A DNA stretch of 64,000 bases, from positions 6,328-70,327 of the forward strand of contig CAYYVK010000001.1 in assembly GCA_964475145.1 (NCBI GenBank), read 5' to 3'. The position numbers and the translations under genes were made by a program. This stretch comes from an uncultured archaeon. GTDB lineage: Archaea > Aenigmatarchaeota > Aenigmatarchaeia > CG10238-14 > SCSR01. Shown piece after piece: positions 19,357 to 29,841 of the stretch (position 1 is its first letter; each line of letters starts with the position of its first letter). Under the pieces are notes generated by a model that saw nothing but the letters and a program-made list of their open reading frames with translations, ran no database searches and was not told the DNA's origin.

Positions 19357-19656
19357 TTGGTGGTCAAGATTCAGCTGTTGTTGACGATACTTGCACTAAT
19401 AGATATAGCTGCTGGTTCTGCTTTAGTTTTCCGTCTATCCATCTTTTCATCCTACATCGGCTATGCAATCCTTGTAAAAGGTGGGTGGACTGTTTTAAGC
19501 ACGTTCAAAAGTGACTTTCTATTTTTGCTGATAGGTGTTCTAGACTGCATTGCTGCACTGATTTTACTTTTACCTAGTGCTTTAACTTCTCTTTCCTGGC
19601 TTGTAGGAATTTTAATTATGGTAAAAGGAGCTTGGTCTTTTCTATCTTCTCTCTAA
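19357..19656 (+). CDS. small membrane protein
   Basis: 99 aa, three hydrophobic helices; between cobO and RNR. Confidence 0.3.
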   Translation: MVVKIQLLLTILALIDIAAGSALVFRLSIFSSYIGYAILVKGGWTVLSTFKSDFLFLLIGVLDCIAALILLLPSALTSLSWLVGILIMVKGAWSFLSSL

Positions 19657-22600
19657 CTTAGTTCGCATACTTCACAAACGGATATACCCTCTCCTATTGG
19701 CTTCAGAACTTCCTGTTGTCTACTGCCTTGTCTGTAAACAGTAACACCTAAACATCCAAGGTCGTATGCAAGCATAAAAGCCTTTTCCACGTCATGAGGC
19801 GTAGCATCGTGTGGAAAGTTTATCGTTTTGCTTATACCATTGTCTACGAACTCTTGGAAGGCTGCTTGAATTCTTACATGCCATTCTGGTGAAATGTCAT
19901 GAGCTGTAACGAAGATTCTTCTTATTCTCTCCGGTATTTCTTTTATGTGCTGAATGCTTGTAGAACTTAAAACTTCTTTCAAAATTTTCTCGTCGTAAAA
20001 TCCTTCTTCTATGGCAATTCTCTCAAAGTAAGGATTAACAACAATCAAGTTTGTTCCTAAACTCTCAGCCACATTTCTTATATAACCTATAGCAAAAAGT
20101 GGTTCTATGCCTTGAGAACAACCTGCTATCTCACTTATGCTTCCAGTAGGTGCTATAGTAGTTACTGTAGCATTTCTCATTGCTTCATAACCAAGCTCAT
20201 CCCATCTGCTACCTTTAAAGTTTGGAAAGCTACCTTTTTCCTTACCAAGCTCTACAGAAGTTTTCCTTGCTTCTTCTGTTATAAATTTCATCAATTCTCT
20301 TGCAGTCTTGAGAGCTTCTTCAGAATTGTAAGGAATTCTCAACAAAATTAACATGTCAGCAAATCCCATTACACCCAAACCTATTTTCCTGTTTCCCTTT
20401 GTCATTTCCTCTATCTGCTTAATCGGATACTTATTGGCATCAATAACATTGTCTAAGAAACGAACTGCTAGTTTTACTGTTTTTCTAAGCTTTTCCCAAT
20501 CTATCTCGTACTTTCCTTCTACTTCTTTAACCATCTTAGAAAGGTTTATAGAGCCTAGATTGCAAGACTCGTAAGGCAAAAGAGGTTGTTCTGAGCAAGG
20601 GTTAGTAGACTCTATTTCACCCAACTTTGGTGTTGTGTTGCAATGCCTGTTTATCCTATCTATAAAAACTACACCAGGTTCACCATTCTTCCAAGCCATT
20701 GTAACTATTAAGTTCCAGATAGCTCTTGCTTTCAAGGTTTTAACTACTGCTTTGTTTCTAGGATTGATTAGCTCAAAGTCCTTGTCATTTTTTACAGCAT
20801 CCATGAATTTGTCCGTTATTGCCACAGAAATGTTAAAGTTTCTCAAAAATCCTTCTTGCTCTTTGCAAACTATAAAGTCTAATATATCTGGATGGTCCAC
20901 TCGCAAAATTCCCATGTTGGCTCCACGACGTTTTCCCCCTTGTTTTATCTCTTCTGTTGCTGCATTGAAAACTTTCATGAAGCTTATAGGTCCTGAAGCT
21001 GTGCCAGTAGTCGATTTTACTATATCACCTTTTGGCCTTAGACGAGAAAAGCTGAATCCGGTGTTGTGAACAAACACTAGGCCGTTGACACCAGCAAGAT
21101 AATTCTGAAAATTCTCTACTGTTAAATCATAAAAGATTTTATCTTCTTTCGTTCTTGAAACCGATTTTACAACCTCTAAAGATTCTACAAGTCTCAACAA
21201 CTTTTCAAGTTGGCGTAGGTTTAAAACATTACCAACTTTTCTTAAAAACTTTACTAAAGTAGCCTTAGCAACAACACCTCTCTTATGCCACTGTCCGAGT
21301 GAAATTTTTTCACCATCAACAACAGCAATTGTCTGATTACCGTTGGTCTTGAATTCAACATCAGACCCAGATAGTAACTTTTTAAATGATTCGAAATTTA
21401 ACGGTAGTCCAAAACTTCCACCCTTATGATTTTCTAACAAAGTTTTAAGTTTCTCCCTTTTGTCGTTTCGCTGTAAGTTCATGCCTATGAGTTCATAAAA
21501 CCTTAATAGCGAAGAATATTCCTCGACTTGCAAAACATAATCAACACCATCTTTTCTTTTTTTCTTTCTCATTCTTGCCTTTATTCCTATAGAGTTTAGA
21601 AAGTATGTAATCGCTTCTATCTGTTCTTCATTAATCATGGAGAGCTCAACACTAGGTTTGGAGCTAACATGCCCTTCTGCATCAAAAAGTCCTGTAATGA
21701 AAGAAAGTGTAGCATTTTTATTTTTATATACAGTTTCTCTTAGTTTAAGGTAGTACGAGATTATTTCTTTGTTCTTTATATCAATGTAGAAAATGTTCCT
21801 ATCTTTTTGGATCGAGTATCTTCTTCTAAACTTCTTCTCCAAATGTTTATTTATTTTTTCAAGCGTTTCTTTACAGTTGTCATAAATCCTCAATCTATCT
21901 GTTTCATAGCCAGCTGCTCTATTTCTATACCTTCCGATACTACCATCACCTACTATGAAGCCAGTCGTCCAATAATCGAAGTCAAAACTGGTCTTAACTT
22001 TTGGCGGAATAGCCCCTAAAATCATATCTCCTTTTTTAATCTCATCAGCTCTTTTTTGTACAACTTCAAAATTCGGTGTCATTACAAGAAAGGGATGCCA
22101 AGCAGAAGTCAAAATCTTAGTACCTTTGTTAGTTTTTATTTCGTGTTTTTCTTCGCCATTGCTTAAAACATACTTCCAAATAAATTGGACTTTACCCCTT
22201 GCTAACTCTTTTGTTTTTGGATCAAAAGAGAAAACGAATATTTGCTTGTCTCTCACGTCAATTCCGTGTCTATTAAACTCTCCATCATAAAATTCTTTGT
22301 GCCTATTTTTCTCGTAGAACCTACTCATACTTAAAACATGAAACTCTCCATCATTTTCAAATACAAGTTTAGCTCTTCCGTCTACACATCCTCCACCTGA
22401 TTTTTGAACGATTGCCATAACTTTAAGAGCATCAAAAATACTTTCTATGCTATCTTCAACAGGTATAACAAAACATGCAGATAAGTTAAGACCATCAGGA
22501 ACTCCTGCGTTCATAAGCGTTGGTGAATTTGGCAGAAACTCTAGATTTGTCATCATCCTGTAAAACTCCTCTTCTAGGCTTTTAATGTATTCCTCGTCTT

Positions 22601-23072
22601 TTCCGTACATCCTTTCGACTTCTGCTATAGCTTTGGCAACTCTCCTGAACATTTGCCCGGTAGACTCTATTATCTTGCCGTTAACGTCTTTTCTCAGATA
22701 CCTAGCTGCCAGAATTAATAAAGCATTTGTTGGTAGCTTCAACTCGTCCTCTACACCCAACATTGCTTTTATCCTTCTTGCCTCTGCCCTTTTTTGTCTG
22801 TACAAAATATATGCTTTAGCAGTCTTGTAATGTCCATTTTCTACAAGAACTTTTTCTACAAGATCCTGAACTTGTTCAACAGTAGGAATATCTCCAGGCT
22901 TCAGTTGTTTTTCCAGCAACTCTACAACTTGTTTAGAAAGCTTTTCTGCTATTGTCCTATCCTTTCCACCTACAGCCTGGGCAGCCTTAAAAATTGCGTT
23001 AGTAATTTTTTCAGGCTCGAAGTCGACGATTCTTCCGTCTCTTTTTTTGATTTTAGAAATTGTCATCAACAT
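19653..23072 (-). CDS. nrdJ: ribonucleoside-diphosphate reductase, class II (adenosylcobalamin-dependent), intein-containing precursor (1139 aa; ~697-aa mature extein)
   Basis: N-terminal ATP-cone; thiyl-radical loop TNPCSEQ; KSGGG/TGFSFSRLRP motif split by intein; C-terminal Cys pair CEVCE. Confidence 0.9.
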   Translation of the reverse strand: MLMTISKIKKRDGRIVDFEPEKITNAIFKAAQAVGGKDRTIAEKLSKQVVELLEKQLKPGDIPTVEQVQDLVEKVLVENGHYKTAKAYILYRQKRAEARRIKAMLGVEDELKLPTNALLILAARYLRKDVNGKIIESTGQMFRRVAKAIAEVERMYGKDEEYIKSLEEEFYRMMTNLEFLPNSPTLMNAGVPDGLNLSACFVIPVEDSIESIFDALKVMAIVQKSGGGCVDGRAKLVFENDGEFHVLSMSRFYEKNRHKEFYDGEFNRHGIDVRDKQIFVFSFDPKTKELARGKVQFIWKYVLSNGEEKHEIKTNKGTKILTSAWHPFLVMTPNFEVVQKRADEIKKGDMILGAIPPKVKTSFDFDYWTTGFIVGDGSIGRYRNRAAGYETDRLRIYDNCKETLEKINKHLEKKFRRRYSIQKDRNIFYIDIKNKEIISYYLKLRETVYKNKNATLSFITGLFDAEGHVSSKPSVELSMINEEQIEAITYFLNSIGIKARMRKKKRKDGVDYVLQVEEYSSLLRFYELIGMNLQRNDKREKLKTLLENHKGGSFGLPLNFESFKKLLSGSDVEFKTNGNQTIAVVDGEKISLGQWHKRGVVAKATLVKFLRKVGNVLNLRQLEKLLRLVESLEVVKSVSRTKEDKIFYDLTVENFQNYLAGVNGLVFVHNTGFSFSRLRPKGDIVKSTTGTASGPISFMKVFNAATEEIKQGGKRRGANMGILRVDHPDILDFIVCKEQEGFLRNFNISVAITDKFMDAVKNDKDFELINPRNKAVVKTLKARAIWNLIVTMAWKNGEPGVVFIDRINRHCNTTPKLGEIESTNPCSEQPLLPYESCNLGSINLSKMVKEVEGKYEIDWEKLRKTVKLAVRFLDNVIDANKYPIKQIEEMTKGNRKIGLGVMGFADMLILLRIPYNSEEALKTARELMKFITEEARKTSVELGKEKGSFPNFKGSRWDELGYEAMRNATVTTIAPTGSISEIAGCSQGIEPLFAIGYIRNVAESLGTNLIVVNPYFERIAIEEGFYDEKILKEVLSSTSIQHIKEIPERIRRIFVTAHDISPEWHVRIQAAFQEFVDNGISKTINFPHDATPHDVEKAFMLAYDLGCLGVTVYRQGSRQQEVLKPIGEGISVCEVCELS
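21063..22388 (-). mobile_element. intein (442 aa) with LAGLIDADG homing-endonuclease domain inside nrdJ
   Basis: Starts with Cys directly after KSGGG, ends VHN before Thr of TGFSFS; block B TSAWHPF, LAGLIDADG blocks GFIVGDGSIG and GLFDAEGHV. Confidence 0.85.
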
Positions 23073-23129
23073 AAGTTTTTGTTTATAGCTTAAAAACCTT
23101 TTCTGTTGTAGAAAAAATATTTTCCAAGT

Positions 23130-23720
23130 TTATTCTTCTACCCCAAAATCTTTTAGAGTATACTTAAACTCTGCATCTGACTTTATCTGCTTCCTTTCTT
23201 TCATGATTTCTCTTGTCAATAACATGCAGGCTGTAGCTAAAGATTTTTTACCCTTATTGTTCATAGGAATTACTAAATCTATGTTTTTCGTCTCATGTCC
23301 TGTATCACACATTGCAACTATAGGAACTCTAGCTGTTACTGCCTCCTTTATAGCTTGTTGATCAATCACAGGATCTACAACAAACATAACATCAGCCTCA
23401 AAATAGTCCTTGTAATGAGGGTTCGTGAGCATCCCAGGCATAAACCTACCAACCACAACTTTTGCTCCTATCAGTTCGCCAAACTTTTTTATAGCTTCTT
23501 GGGCTACAGGCTTTCTGCTTGCAACTACAATGTTTTTATGTCTTGCCAAGAATTTTGCAGCGACTCTAATTCTCTCGTCTATCTCCCTTAGGTTTAAAAC
23601 TGCTAACCCGTCAGCTCTTATCTTGTATATGAACTCTTTCATGTCTTTTGTCTTTTGTTTCATTCCTATATGGATTCCAGAAGCAAGATATTGTTGCTTG
23701 CTCAAGAGTAATTTTGCCAT
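23130..23720 (-). CDS. rps2: 30S ribosomal protein S2 (uS2)
   Basis: 196 aa; LLASGIHIG...RADGLAVLNL; VVDP...PIVAMCDT. Confidence 0.85.
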   Translation of the reverse strand: MAKLLLSKQQYLASGIHIGMKQKTKDMKEFIYKIRADGLAVLNLREIDERIRVAAKFLARHKNIVVASRKPVAQEAIKKFGELIGAKVVVGRFMPGMLTNPHYKDYFEADVMFVVDPVIDQQAIKEAVTARVPIVAMCDTGHETKNIDLVIPMNNKGKKSLATACMLLTREIMKERKQIKSDAEFKYTLKDFGVEE

Positions 23721-24224
23721 TTATACACCTCTTGATTTTTTGCCAGCAGACGTCAAACCGCGAAACACCCTACCTTTATGCGTCGGTCTGCATATCCAGT
23801 TTATCTTTGGGTCATTCTTTATGCTTGGATTGTTAGGATCGACCAGAATGACTTCAAACCATTTATAAGTGCCATCTTCACCAACAGGATAACTGTTCAA
23901 AACTTCAAGGTTTGGAAACTTCCTAGCTGCTTTCTCTTCTGCCTGCCATTGCAAACTTTTACCAGGTGTAAATTTGACAAGACCTGCCTTGCTAGGTTTT
24001 CTTCCTCTCCTTCCATACAAAGGTCTTCTTCTACCACCCTTTCTTACCCTCACTCTGCAGAGGACAAAACCAGGCTTTGCCTTGTAGCCTAAAGCTCTTG
24101 CCCTGTCTAAGCGTGTAGGTTTTTCTACTCTTTCGACTACATTCTGCTTCCTCCACAGGATTAGCTTTGAAGCTAAGTTTTTCTGCCAGTTTTCTCTTAA
24201 ATGCTGGTATAGGCCTTTTACCAT
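23721..24224 (-). CDS. rpl15e: 50S ribosomal protein L15e (eL15)
   Basis: 167 aa; [10 protein letters not shown]...[19 protein letters not shown] typical eL15. Confidence 0.85.
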   Translation of the reverse strand: MVKGLYQHLRENWQKNLASKLILWRKQNVVERVEKPTRLDRARALGYKAKPGFVLCRVRVRKGGRRRPLYGRRGRKPSKAGLVKFTPGKSLQWQAEEKAARKFPNLEVLNSYPVGEDGTYKWFEVILVDPNNPSIKNDPKINWICRPTHKGRVFRGLTSAGKKSRGV

Positions 24225-24269
24225 ACGCTCGCCCTTAGTATTTGTATTGTTTTGTTTTTAAATTTAAAC

Positions 24270-25760
24270 TTAAAAAGGATATCCTAAACCTAGTGTAAAC
24301 AAGTAGACGTCAAACATGTCCCTGTTTAGTGTATTCACGTAAGAGACTTCATAACCTTTCTTTACTGGTGTAATAGTAGCTTCTAAAGAGATTTTTTTAG
24401 AGGCGAAAAGGAGCAAAGAAATGAGAAGCATTCTTTCATCATCACCAACTCCACCATCAGTAAAATTGGCTATCCAAGCAGTATTGTAAGCAGGTGTACT
24501 CTTGAGTACTACTCCTGGTATTATCCCTCCGGTCTCTGTTGTATTTTCTGCTTGAATTAACACCCTATTATAATCGTTATCATCTGGAAGTATGATATAA
24601 TATCTTCCCCACCTATTTACCAGGCCAGCAGCTACAGCATGCGCAGGTGGACCCTTACCTGGCTTATTCGGATCTATCTGGTATCCAAACTCGTATCTGA
24701 TAAAATCATAAAACTTGTACTTCGGCTGAAATGTTATGCCAATTTTTCCTTCACGGATATAGCTTAAAAGAAAAGTAAAGTTTTCACTCTGATTGTGAAG
24801 GTTTGGTAACTCGAATTTCTCACCTACACCTACTTTCAAATCAGCAGTACCATTCCAATCTGTGTCGAAGTAAACACTACTAAAGTTGCAAACCCAAAAA
24901 GAATAAGCATAAGGCTCTTCTACATTTTGACTGTCTACTTGATAGACGTAAGATTGTATCTTCAAGCTCCCATTGGTTATGTTTGAACAGTAAGGAGAAG
25001 GTAAAGAACCTTCTGTTTGGATATTACCTGATGGTAGTTGACTTGTTAAAATTGGGGCAGGAATATGGTAAAAATACTTCCAAGGTTGGTAGATTATATC
25101 ACTTGCGTTGCACGGCTTTTCGTCGCATTCGTATGTGACTCTAAATTTGTCGTAATCGGAAAACCTGGAAGTCTCTGTAATTGTCGTGTTAGTTAGCCCG
25201 AATATTTGTTTTGTTCCTAGATCGAGTAAAGTAGCGTTCAAGTCAGAAATCTCAACTATTCCGTTTCCGCTGCTAAGATAAGAATTTAGCATGCTAGTAT
25301 AAGGTGTAAGGTTTCTGTAACCCCAAATTAAAAGAAGGTCAGAACCAAAGTAGCAGGGATTAACAATACCAAGATAACTCGGACAAAACTCAATTCTAAT
25401 AGGTCTATTGTTCACCTCAAGCCCATAGGTCCAGTTGTTCAAAACGCTAATTTGTTCGTCTGTGCAATTACATGCTACAACTATTCTTCCTTTTATTGTC
25501 CCTTGTGTTGTATACCAAAAGACGGTATTGTTACCTAGAACTGTCTTAGTCAGGAAATCGGAAAGTGCATTTCTGTCAAAAGAAACACTGTATAGGATGC
25601 CTATCCTATCAGCAGTAGTTATCACATCTCGTAGTTTTAGAAGTGTGTCTGCAGCATCCCATCCGGTCTCGTAATAAAAAGGTGGGAAAAATATTGTTAG
25701 TGTAACTATCAGAATTATTATGGTTGAAATTGCTTCTATAATAGATATTTGTCCGCGCAT
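24270..25760 (-). CDS. large pilin-like surface glycoprotein with class III (type IV prepilin-like) signal peptide
   Basis: MRG|QISIIEAISTIIILIVTL N-terminus; ~19 N-x-S/T sequons in 496 aa; last gene of pilus locus. Confidence 0.5.
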   Translation of the reverse strand: MRGQISIIEAISTIIILIVTLTIFFPPFYYETGWDAADTLLKLRDVITTADRIGILYSVSFDRNALSDFLTKTVLGNNTVFWYTTQGTIKGRIVVACNCTDEQISVLNNWTYGLEVNNRPIRIEFCPSYLGIVNPCYFGSDLLLIWGYRNLTPYTSMLNSYLSSGNGIVEISDLNATLLDLGTKQIFGLTNTTITETSRFSDYDKFRVTYECDEKPCNASDIIYQPWKYFYHIPAPILTSQLPSGNIQTEGSLPSPYCSNITNGSLKIQSYVYQVDSQNVEEPYAYSFWVCNFSSVYFDTDWNGTADLKVGVGEKFELPNLHNQSENFTFLLSYIREGKIGITFQPKYKFYDFIRYEFGYQIDPNKPGKGPPAHAVAAGLVNRWGRYYIILPDDNDYNRVLIQAENTTETGGIIPGVVLKSTPAYNTAWIANFTDGGVGDDERMLLISLLLFASKKISLEATITPVKKGYEVSYVNTLNRDMFDVYLFTLGLGYPF

Positions 25761-25761
25761 C

Positions 25762-26268
25762 TTACCACACTCTTACACTTATTTTTGCATAAGAGCCTGA
25801 ATCTAAGGCCGCTATTCTAGTTACTTCTGCTATATTCTGTCTGGAAATCTTGGTAGGAGGTGAACAGCTTGCTAAGAGTGTGTTAGAAATTAAGTCTGCA
25901 ATCGTGATCTCAAATTGATAATCTTGTGGTACTCCTAATTTTTCGGCGATGGAATTGTAGTCTGAAGAACATGTTTGATTAAAGGCTTGTATTTTATCGA
26001 GAGAAATTAAGTTTGTTAAATTCTTCAACTCGCTAGAAAGGCCTATTCTCTTTATTTCACCAGGACTCGTTTGGGTCCAATTGAGTGGTTCGCCAAAATC
26101 GTTTACTAAAAGCTCAGAAATCTGGTAAGCTTCTGCTTTTAGAAGCCTATTTCTTATTTCTGCTCTGTACACCGAAGTAGCAGAAATTGTTTGAAAAACT
26201 ATGTATGTGGCAAACATTACAAACAATACTAGAGAAAAATAGTATTCGGAAGATACTTGAGCCTTCAT
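25762..26268 (-). CDS. pilin-like protein (class III signal peptide MKA|QVSSEYYF...)
   Basis: short charged N-terminus then ~20-aa hydrophobic helix; stop/start abuts neighbours. Confidence 0.4.
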   Translation of the reverse strand: MKAQVSSEYYFSLVLFVMFATYIVFQTISATSVYRAEIRNRLLKAEAYQISELLVNDFGEPLNWTQTSPGEIKRIGLSSELKNLTNLISLDKIQAFNQTCSSDYNSIAEKLGVPQDYQFEITIADLISNTLLASCSPPTKISRQNIAEVTRIAALDSGSYAKISVRVW

Positions 26269-27188
26269 ACTACCAGCAACCCTACTCTTGATAAGAACAT
26301 GAATGAAACTAAAACTATCACGCTAAGGATTAAGCTATGTTTTAATCCTGCTATTACAGAATTCTCGCTTATCTGTCCTGCAACCAAGCCAGCAAAGAAT
26401 GCTTGCATAAAAGCCATGTAGAAGAAGAGGGAAACATAGTAGGAGGGTATGCCAGGCTTAACACCAAACAAACTAGTTGAAGTTAGTTCAAAAAGTGCAC
26501 ATATACTGCAAGCTCCAGCTGTACAACTCTCGCAAGGGTTTGTTAGCCCGACTACCTGTCCAAAGGTTGGAGAATAGAAAACAGGCATTAACAAATGATT
26601 GATAAGAACGATTATCACTATGAAAATTATAGTTATAGCATAGATTATTAGCAAGTGTTTATGTAATATGCTTCTCTTCTCCTTTTCTGCCTCTTGCAAG
26701 GTTATCAAGTTGTCTGCAACAGAATCTATGACAGAAACTATCTCACCTCCAGACAAATGAGCCTCTCTTATTATATTCACTGCCATATAAAGCCTTTTAC
26801 TACTTTTTACCCTTTCAGCAAACTGACCTAGAACCTTATCTACACTCATCCCCCAGCTTATTTGATTAGACATCTTCTTTACTTCCAGGCTCAGCCTACC
26901 ATAGCCTATTTTACTAGTTTGTTGTATTGCCTTGTAAAGTGGCATTCCAGAGCTTATAGCTTCTGCCAAATCGTGTAAAAAGTTTGGAAATACTGCCTCC
27001 ATTTCTTTTATGTCTCTGTACTTCTGGTACTGGTAAAGGAAATACATGAAAACTATTGCTAAAGTAGAAACTATTATCCCATTAGCTAAAACTCCCCTGT
27101 CGCCAGTTAAAACACCTATAAGAATAGCTCCTAGTAGAATTGCTCCAGAAATCCCTATCATCCTAATTTCTCTCTTAATTTTATTCAC
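26265..27188 (-). CDS. pilus-assembly platform protein, TadC/FlaJ half-size (T2SS-F domain)
   Basis: 307 aa; cytoplasmic helical domain followed by 3-4 TM helices; paired with a second such gene next to a FlaI/TadA ATPase. Confidence 0.55.
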   Translation of the reverse strand: MNKIKREIRMIGISGAILLGAILIGVLTGDRGVLANGIIVSTLAIVFMYFLYQYQKYRDIKEMEAVFPNFLHDLAEAISSGMPLYKAIQQTSKIGYGRLSLEVKKMSNQISWGMSVDKVLGQFAERVKSSKRLYMAVNIIREAHLSGGEIVSVIDSVADNLITLQEAEKEKRSILHKHLLIIYAITIIFIVIIVLINHLLMPVFYSPTFGQVVGLTNPCESCTAGACSICALFELTSTSLFGVKPGIPSYYVSLFFYMAFMQAFFAGLVAGQISENSVIAGLKHSLILSVIVLVSFMFLSRVGLLVV

Positions 27189-28041
27189 CTCCTGGTGTTG
27201 CTGCCTTTACAAGATAGAGGAAAAGAATCGAAACTGACGGTATTACCACGAAAATCATCATAAATTGGAGGGGAAGTACGTTGCCTCCTCCTATTCCAGA
27301 AATTATTGCAGTTAGGACTGTCATAAAAATAGCTGCAAGAATTATCGCAACAAGGTATATCTCCAAGTAAATCGTCAGGCTGTGAGCAAACTCGTATAAT
27401 TTTCTTCTGTATTCTACCATCATGCTATTGGACTTCTCTTTCAAGTATACATTCAAATCTCCACCTGCTCTTACGATTGAAAGGATTCCGTAAAAGATTT
27501 CACTAAGCTTTTTTGATGGTGACCTTTCAATAGCTCTTTCAAGTGCTGTGTTTACGTCTAGTCCGAACATCTCTATGTCTGTATTAATGGAGTTTATCTC
27601 AGCTGCAATTTCTTCCCTTCCAAACTTGGAAGACATCTTTAAAATTTTTGATAAAGGTAGTTTTGTACTAGCTATAGTTGAAAGATAGAGGAGGGAAAAA
27701 GGTAGTGCGCTATCTATCTTCTTCTCCCTATCTCTAATCAAAAGCTTTGGATAGTTTATGTACAAGTAAAAGAAGATTATAGAGAGGAAGACTGATGTGG
27801 TGAAACCAGTAAAAAATGCAAAAGCAAAGCTTTTAAACAATAATCCGTAGATGAAAGAAAATATAGGCAACTCGAAAAGGAAAACTATTAAGCCTGTTAG
27901 CAAAGATTTGGAAATGAACTCTTCCACAGAAATTTTAGACTTTGATTTTCTTAAATCAGATTTTAAGTCTGGAAAGTAAACTGTAAGCTTGCCCGCATAC
28001 TCGCTGAAAAGTTTGTAGGCAACCCTATCATAGAAACCCAT
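27181..28041 (-). CDS. pilus-assembly platform protein, TadB/FlaJ half-size (T2SS-F domain)
   Basis: 286 aa polytopic membrane protein; overlaps both neighbours by a few nt. Confidence 0.5.
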   Translation of the reverse strand: MGFYDRVAYKLFSEYAGKLTVYFPDLKSDLRKSKSKISVEEFISKSLLTGLIVFLFELPIFSFIYGLLFKSFAFAFFTGFTTSVFLSIIFFYLYINYPKLLIRDREKKIDSALPFSLLYLSTIASTKLPLSKILKMSSKFGREEIAAEINSINTDIEMFGLDVNTALERAIERSPSKKLSEIFYGILSIVRAGGDLNVYLKEKSNSMMVEYRRKLYEFAHSLTIYLEIYLVAIILAAIFMTVLTAIISGIGGGNVLPLQFMMIFVVIPSVSILFLYLVKAATPGGE

Positions 28042-29841
28042 CTAGCTCTCACCCATTACTACTGCCAGAACTCGAACAGGTGATGTATAATAAAGGTTTA
28101 TTACCTGGTACACACTTCTATAATCTGTTATGTTCTTTTTCTTCATCCACTCTAGAATCAAAGCCCTCCTTTGTAGCTCGTCTATCACGTCTTGCTCTGG
28201 TATACCAAACGTCTTTGAAATTTTCTTAAGAGTTAGACTCTTGCCTTGTACATCAAACTTGTCTGTGAAAGAATTCCACTTTAGCACAGTATTTACAGTG
28301 GGTCTTTGAGTCTCAAAATCAAAACCTGTTACCTCTACCACTTCACTCACTCTTCTAACAAACTTTTCTTTATACCTAGCACGAATTAGGAAAACTATCA
28401 AATCTAAGCTTGCAACGAGTGGAGGAGGTAGGGCAATAGGTTGTGTTGTTAATCTGTCAAAAAGTTTATTCATGTCTTCTGCATGTATTGTTGCAAGAGA
28501 TGGGTGACCAGTAGAGATTTGTTGGAATAGGATGTAAGCTTCTTTACCCCTAACCTCCCCAACTACTATATAATCTGGTCTTTGTCTTAGGCTTTCTCTC
28601 AGCAGGTCGAACAAGTCTACCTCTCCTCTTTCTCCCTTACTTATAGCAGTTCTTGCAACAGTAGGAACCCAGTGAGGATGTGGTAACCTTATTTCTGCAG
28701 TATCCTCTATAGAAACGATCTTCTTCTCTGGCCTGATAAAAAGAGAAAGAACGTTTAGCATAGAAGTTTTACCAGTTGCTGTACCACCAGAAATCAGAAT
28801 ACTTCTCCCATAATCTACTGCCAGCCATAAGAATGCTAAAGTCTTTGCATCGACTGTTCCATAGTTCATTAAATGAATAGGCGTTAAAGGCTCTTCTGTG
28901 AATTTTCTGATAGTAAAATTGCTTCCTTTTCTTGCTATGTCTGTGGCTAAAGTTGCTTGTAAACGCGAGCCGTCAGGGAGAGTTCCATCAACCAAAGGTT
29001 CAGCAACTGAAATAGATTTACCGCTTAACTGAGCTAACCTTATTATAAAAGAGTCTAGTTCCTCAGCAGAAGGAAAAACTACATTAGTAACTATAGAGCC
29101 AAAAGCAGGATCTCTATGATAGACAAAAATTGGCACCCCTACTCCGTCGCAAGAAATGTCCTCTATATTCGGGTCTTGCATTAATGGTTCTATTCTTCCC
29201 AAACCAACAAAATCTCTGTTTATGTAGTAATCAAGTATTTCTCTTTCCTCTGGTGTAATTTCTACCTTAAAGTATTTTAGCAATTCACTTATCTGTTGAC
29301 GGATATACTCTCTTGCTTCAGCCACTCCTAATTTAGAGAAGTCTACCTCCAGCCTCTGTTCTAGGAGCTCTCTAAGCTTATTCATCAAACTTTTTATCTT
29401 ATCACTCAAAGGCGGTTCAACTAACTGATAAACATATTTATTTGCCTTTTCGTCCCAGAAGATCCGAGCATAAGCAAAAATCTTTTCACCTTTTTTTGGA
29501 TTTCTTGGAATTAAAGGATATATGGTGACTCCTTTTTTAATTTCTACAGCTTCTTTTTTTCCTATCCCAACTTTTTTAATTTCTGTTGGAATCTCTAATC
29601 CCTCTTCTACCTTTACTTCTTTTCGAATGGCTGGTTTTTCTACTTCCTTAGGAACTTCTACACCACCTATCATTGGCCGAATCTTTAACGGTACTTCTAT
29701 CACACCTCCAGTAGACTTTATAGCTAAAGAAACTCCCAGCGGGCCTATTCCTGCTCCTTCTGCTTCAGCACTCTTAGCTTCCGTTAGGACTTTCTTCGCA
29801 CCCCTAATCATTTTTCTTGCTACTATTTTAGCTATCCTCAT
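28042..29841 (-). CDS. type IV pilus/archaellum-family secretion ATPase (FlaI/TadA/VirB11-like) with ~120-aa Lys/Glu-rich N-terminal extension
   Basis: Walker A ILISGGTATGKTS; DYIVVGEVRG Walker B/Asp box; His box TGHPSLATIHAED. Confidence 0.8.
   Translation of the reverse strand: MRIAKIVARKMIRGAKKVLTEAKSAEAEGAGIGPLGVSLAIKSTGGVIEVPLKIRPMIGGVEVPKEVEKPAIRKEVKVEEGLEIPTEIKKVGIGKKEAVEIKKGVTIYPLIPRNPKKGEKIFAYARIFWDEKANKYVYQLVEPPLSDKIKSLMNKLRELLEQRLEVDFSKLGVAEAREYIRQQISELLKYFKVEITPEEREILDYYINRDFVGLGRIEPLMQDPNIEDISCDGVGVPIFVYHRDPAFGSIVTNVVFPSAEELDSFIIRLAQLSGKSISVAEPLVDGTLPDGSRLQATLATDIARKGSNFTIRKFTEEPLTPIHLMNYGTVDAKTLAFLWLAVDYGRSILISGGTATGKTSMLNVLSLFIRPEKKIVSIEDTAEIRLPHPHWVPTVARTAISKGERGEVDLFDLLRESLRQRPDYIVVGEVRGKEAYILFQQISTGHPSLATIHAEDMNKLFDRLTTQPIALPPPLVASLDLIVFLIRARYKEKFVRRVSEVVEVTGFDFETQRPTVNTVLKWNSFTDKFDVQGKSLTLKKISKTFGIPEQDVIDELQRRALILEWMKKKNITDYRSVYQVINLYYTSPVRVLAVVMGES

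Noticed and set aside
20112-23093. Several plus-strand ORFs of 70-144 aa (20112..20351, 20635..21069, 22585..22830, 22794..23093, etc.)
   Set aside because: They lie antisense inside the strongly supported nrdJ/intein gene and are low-complexity; they are shadow ORFs.
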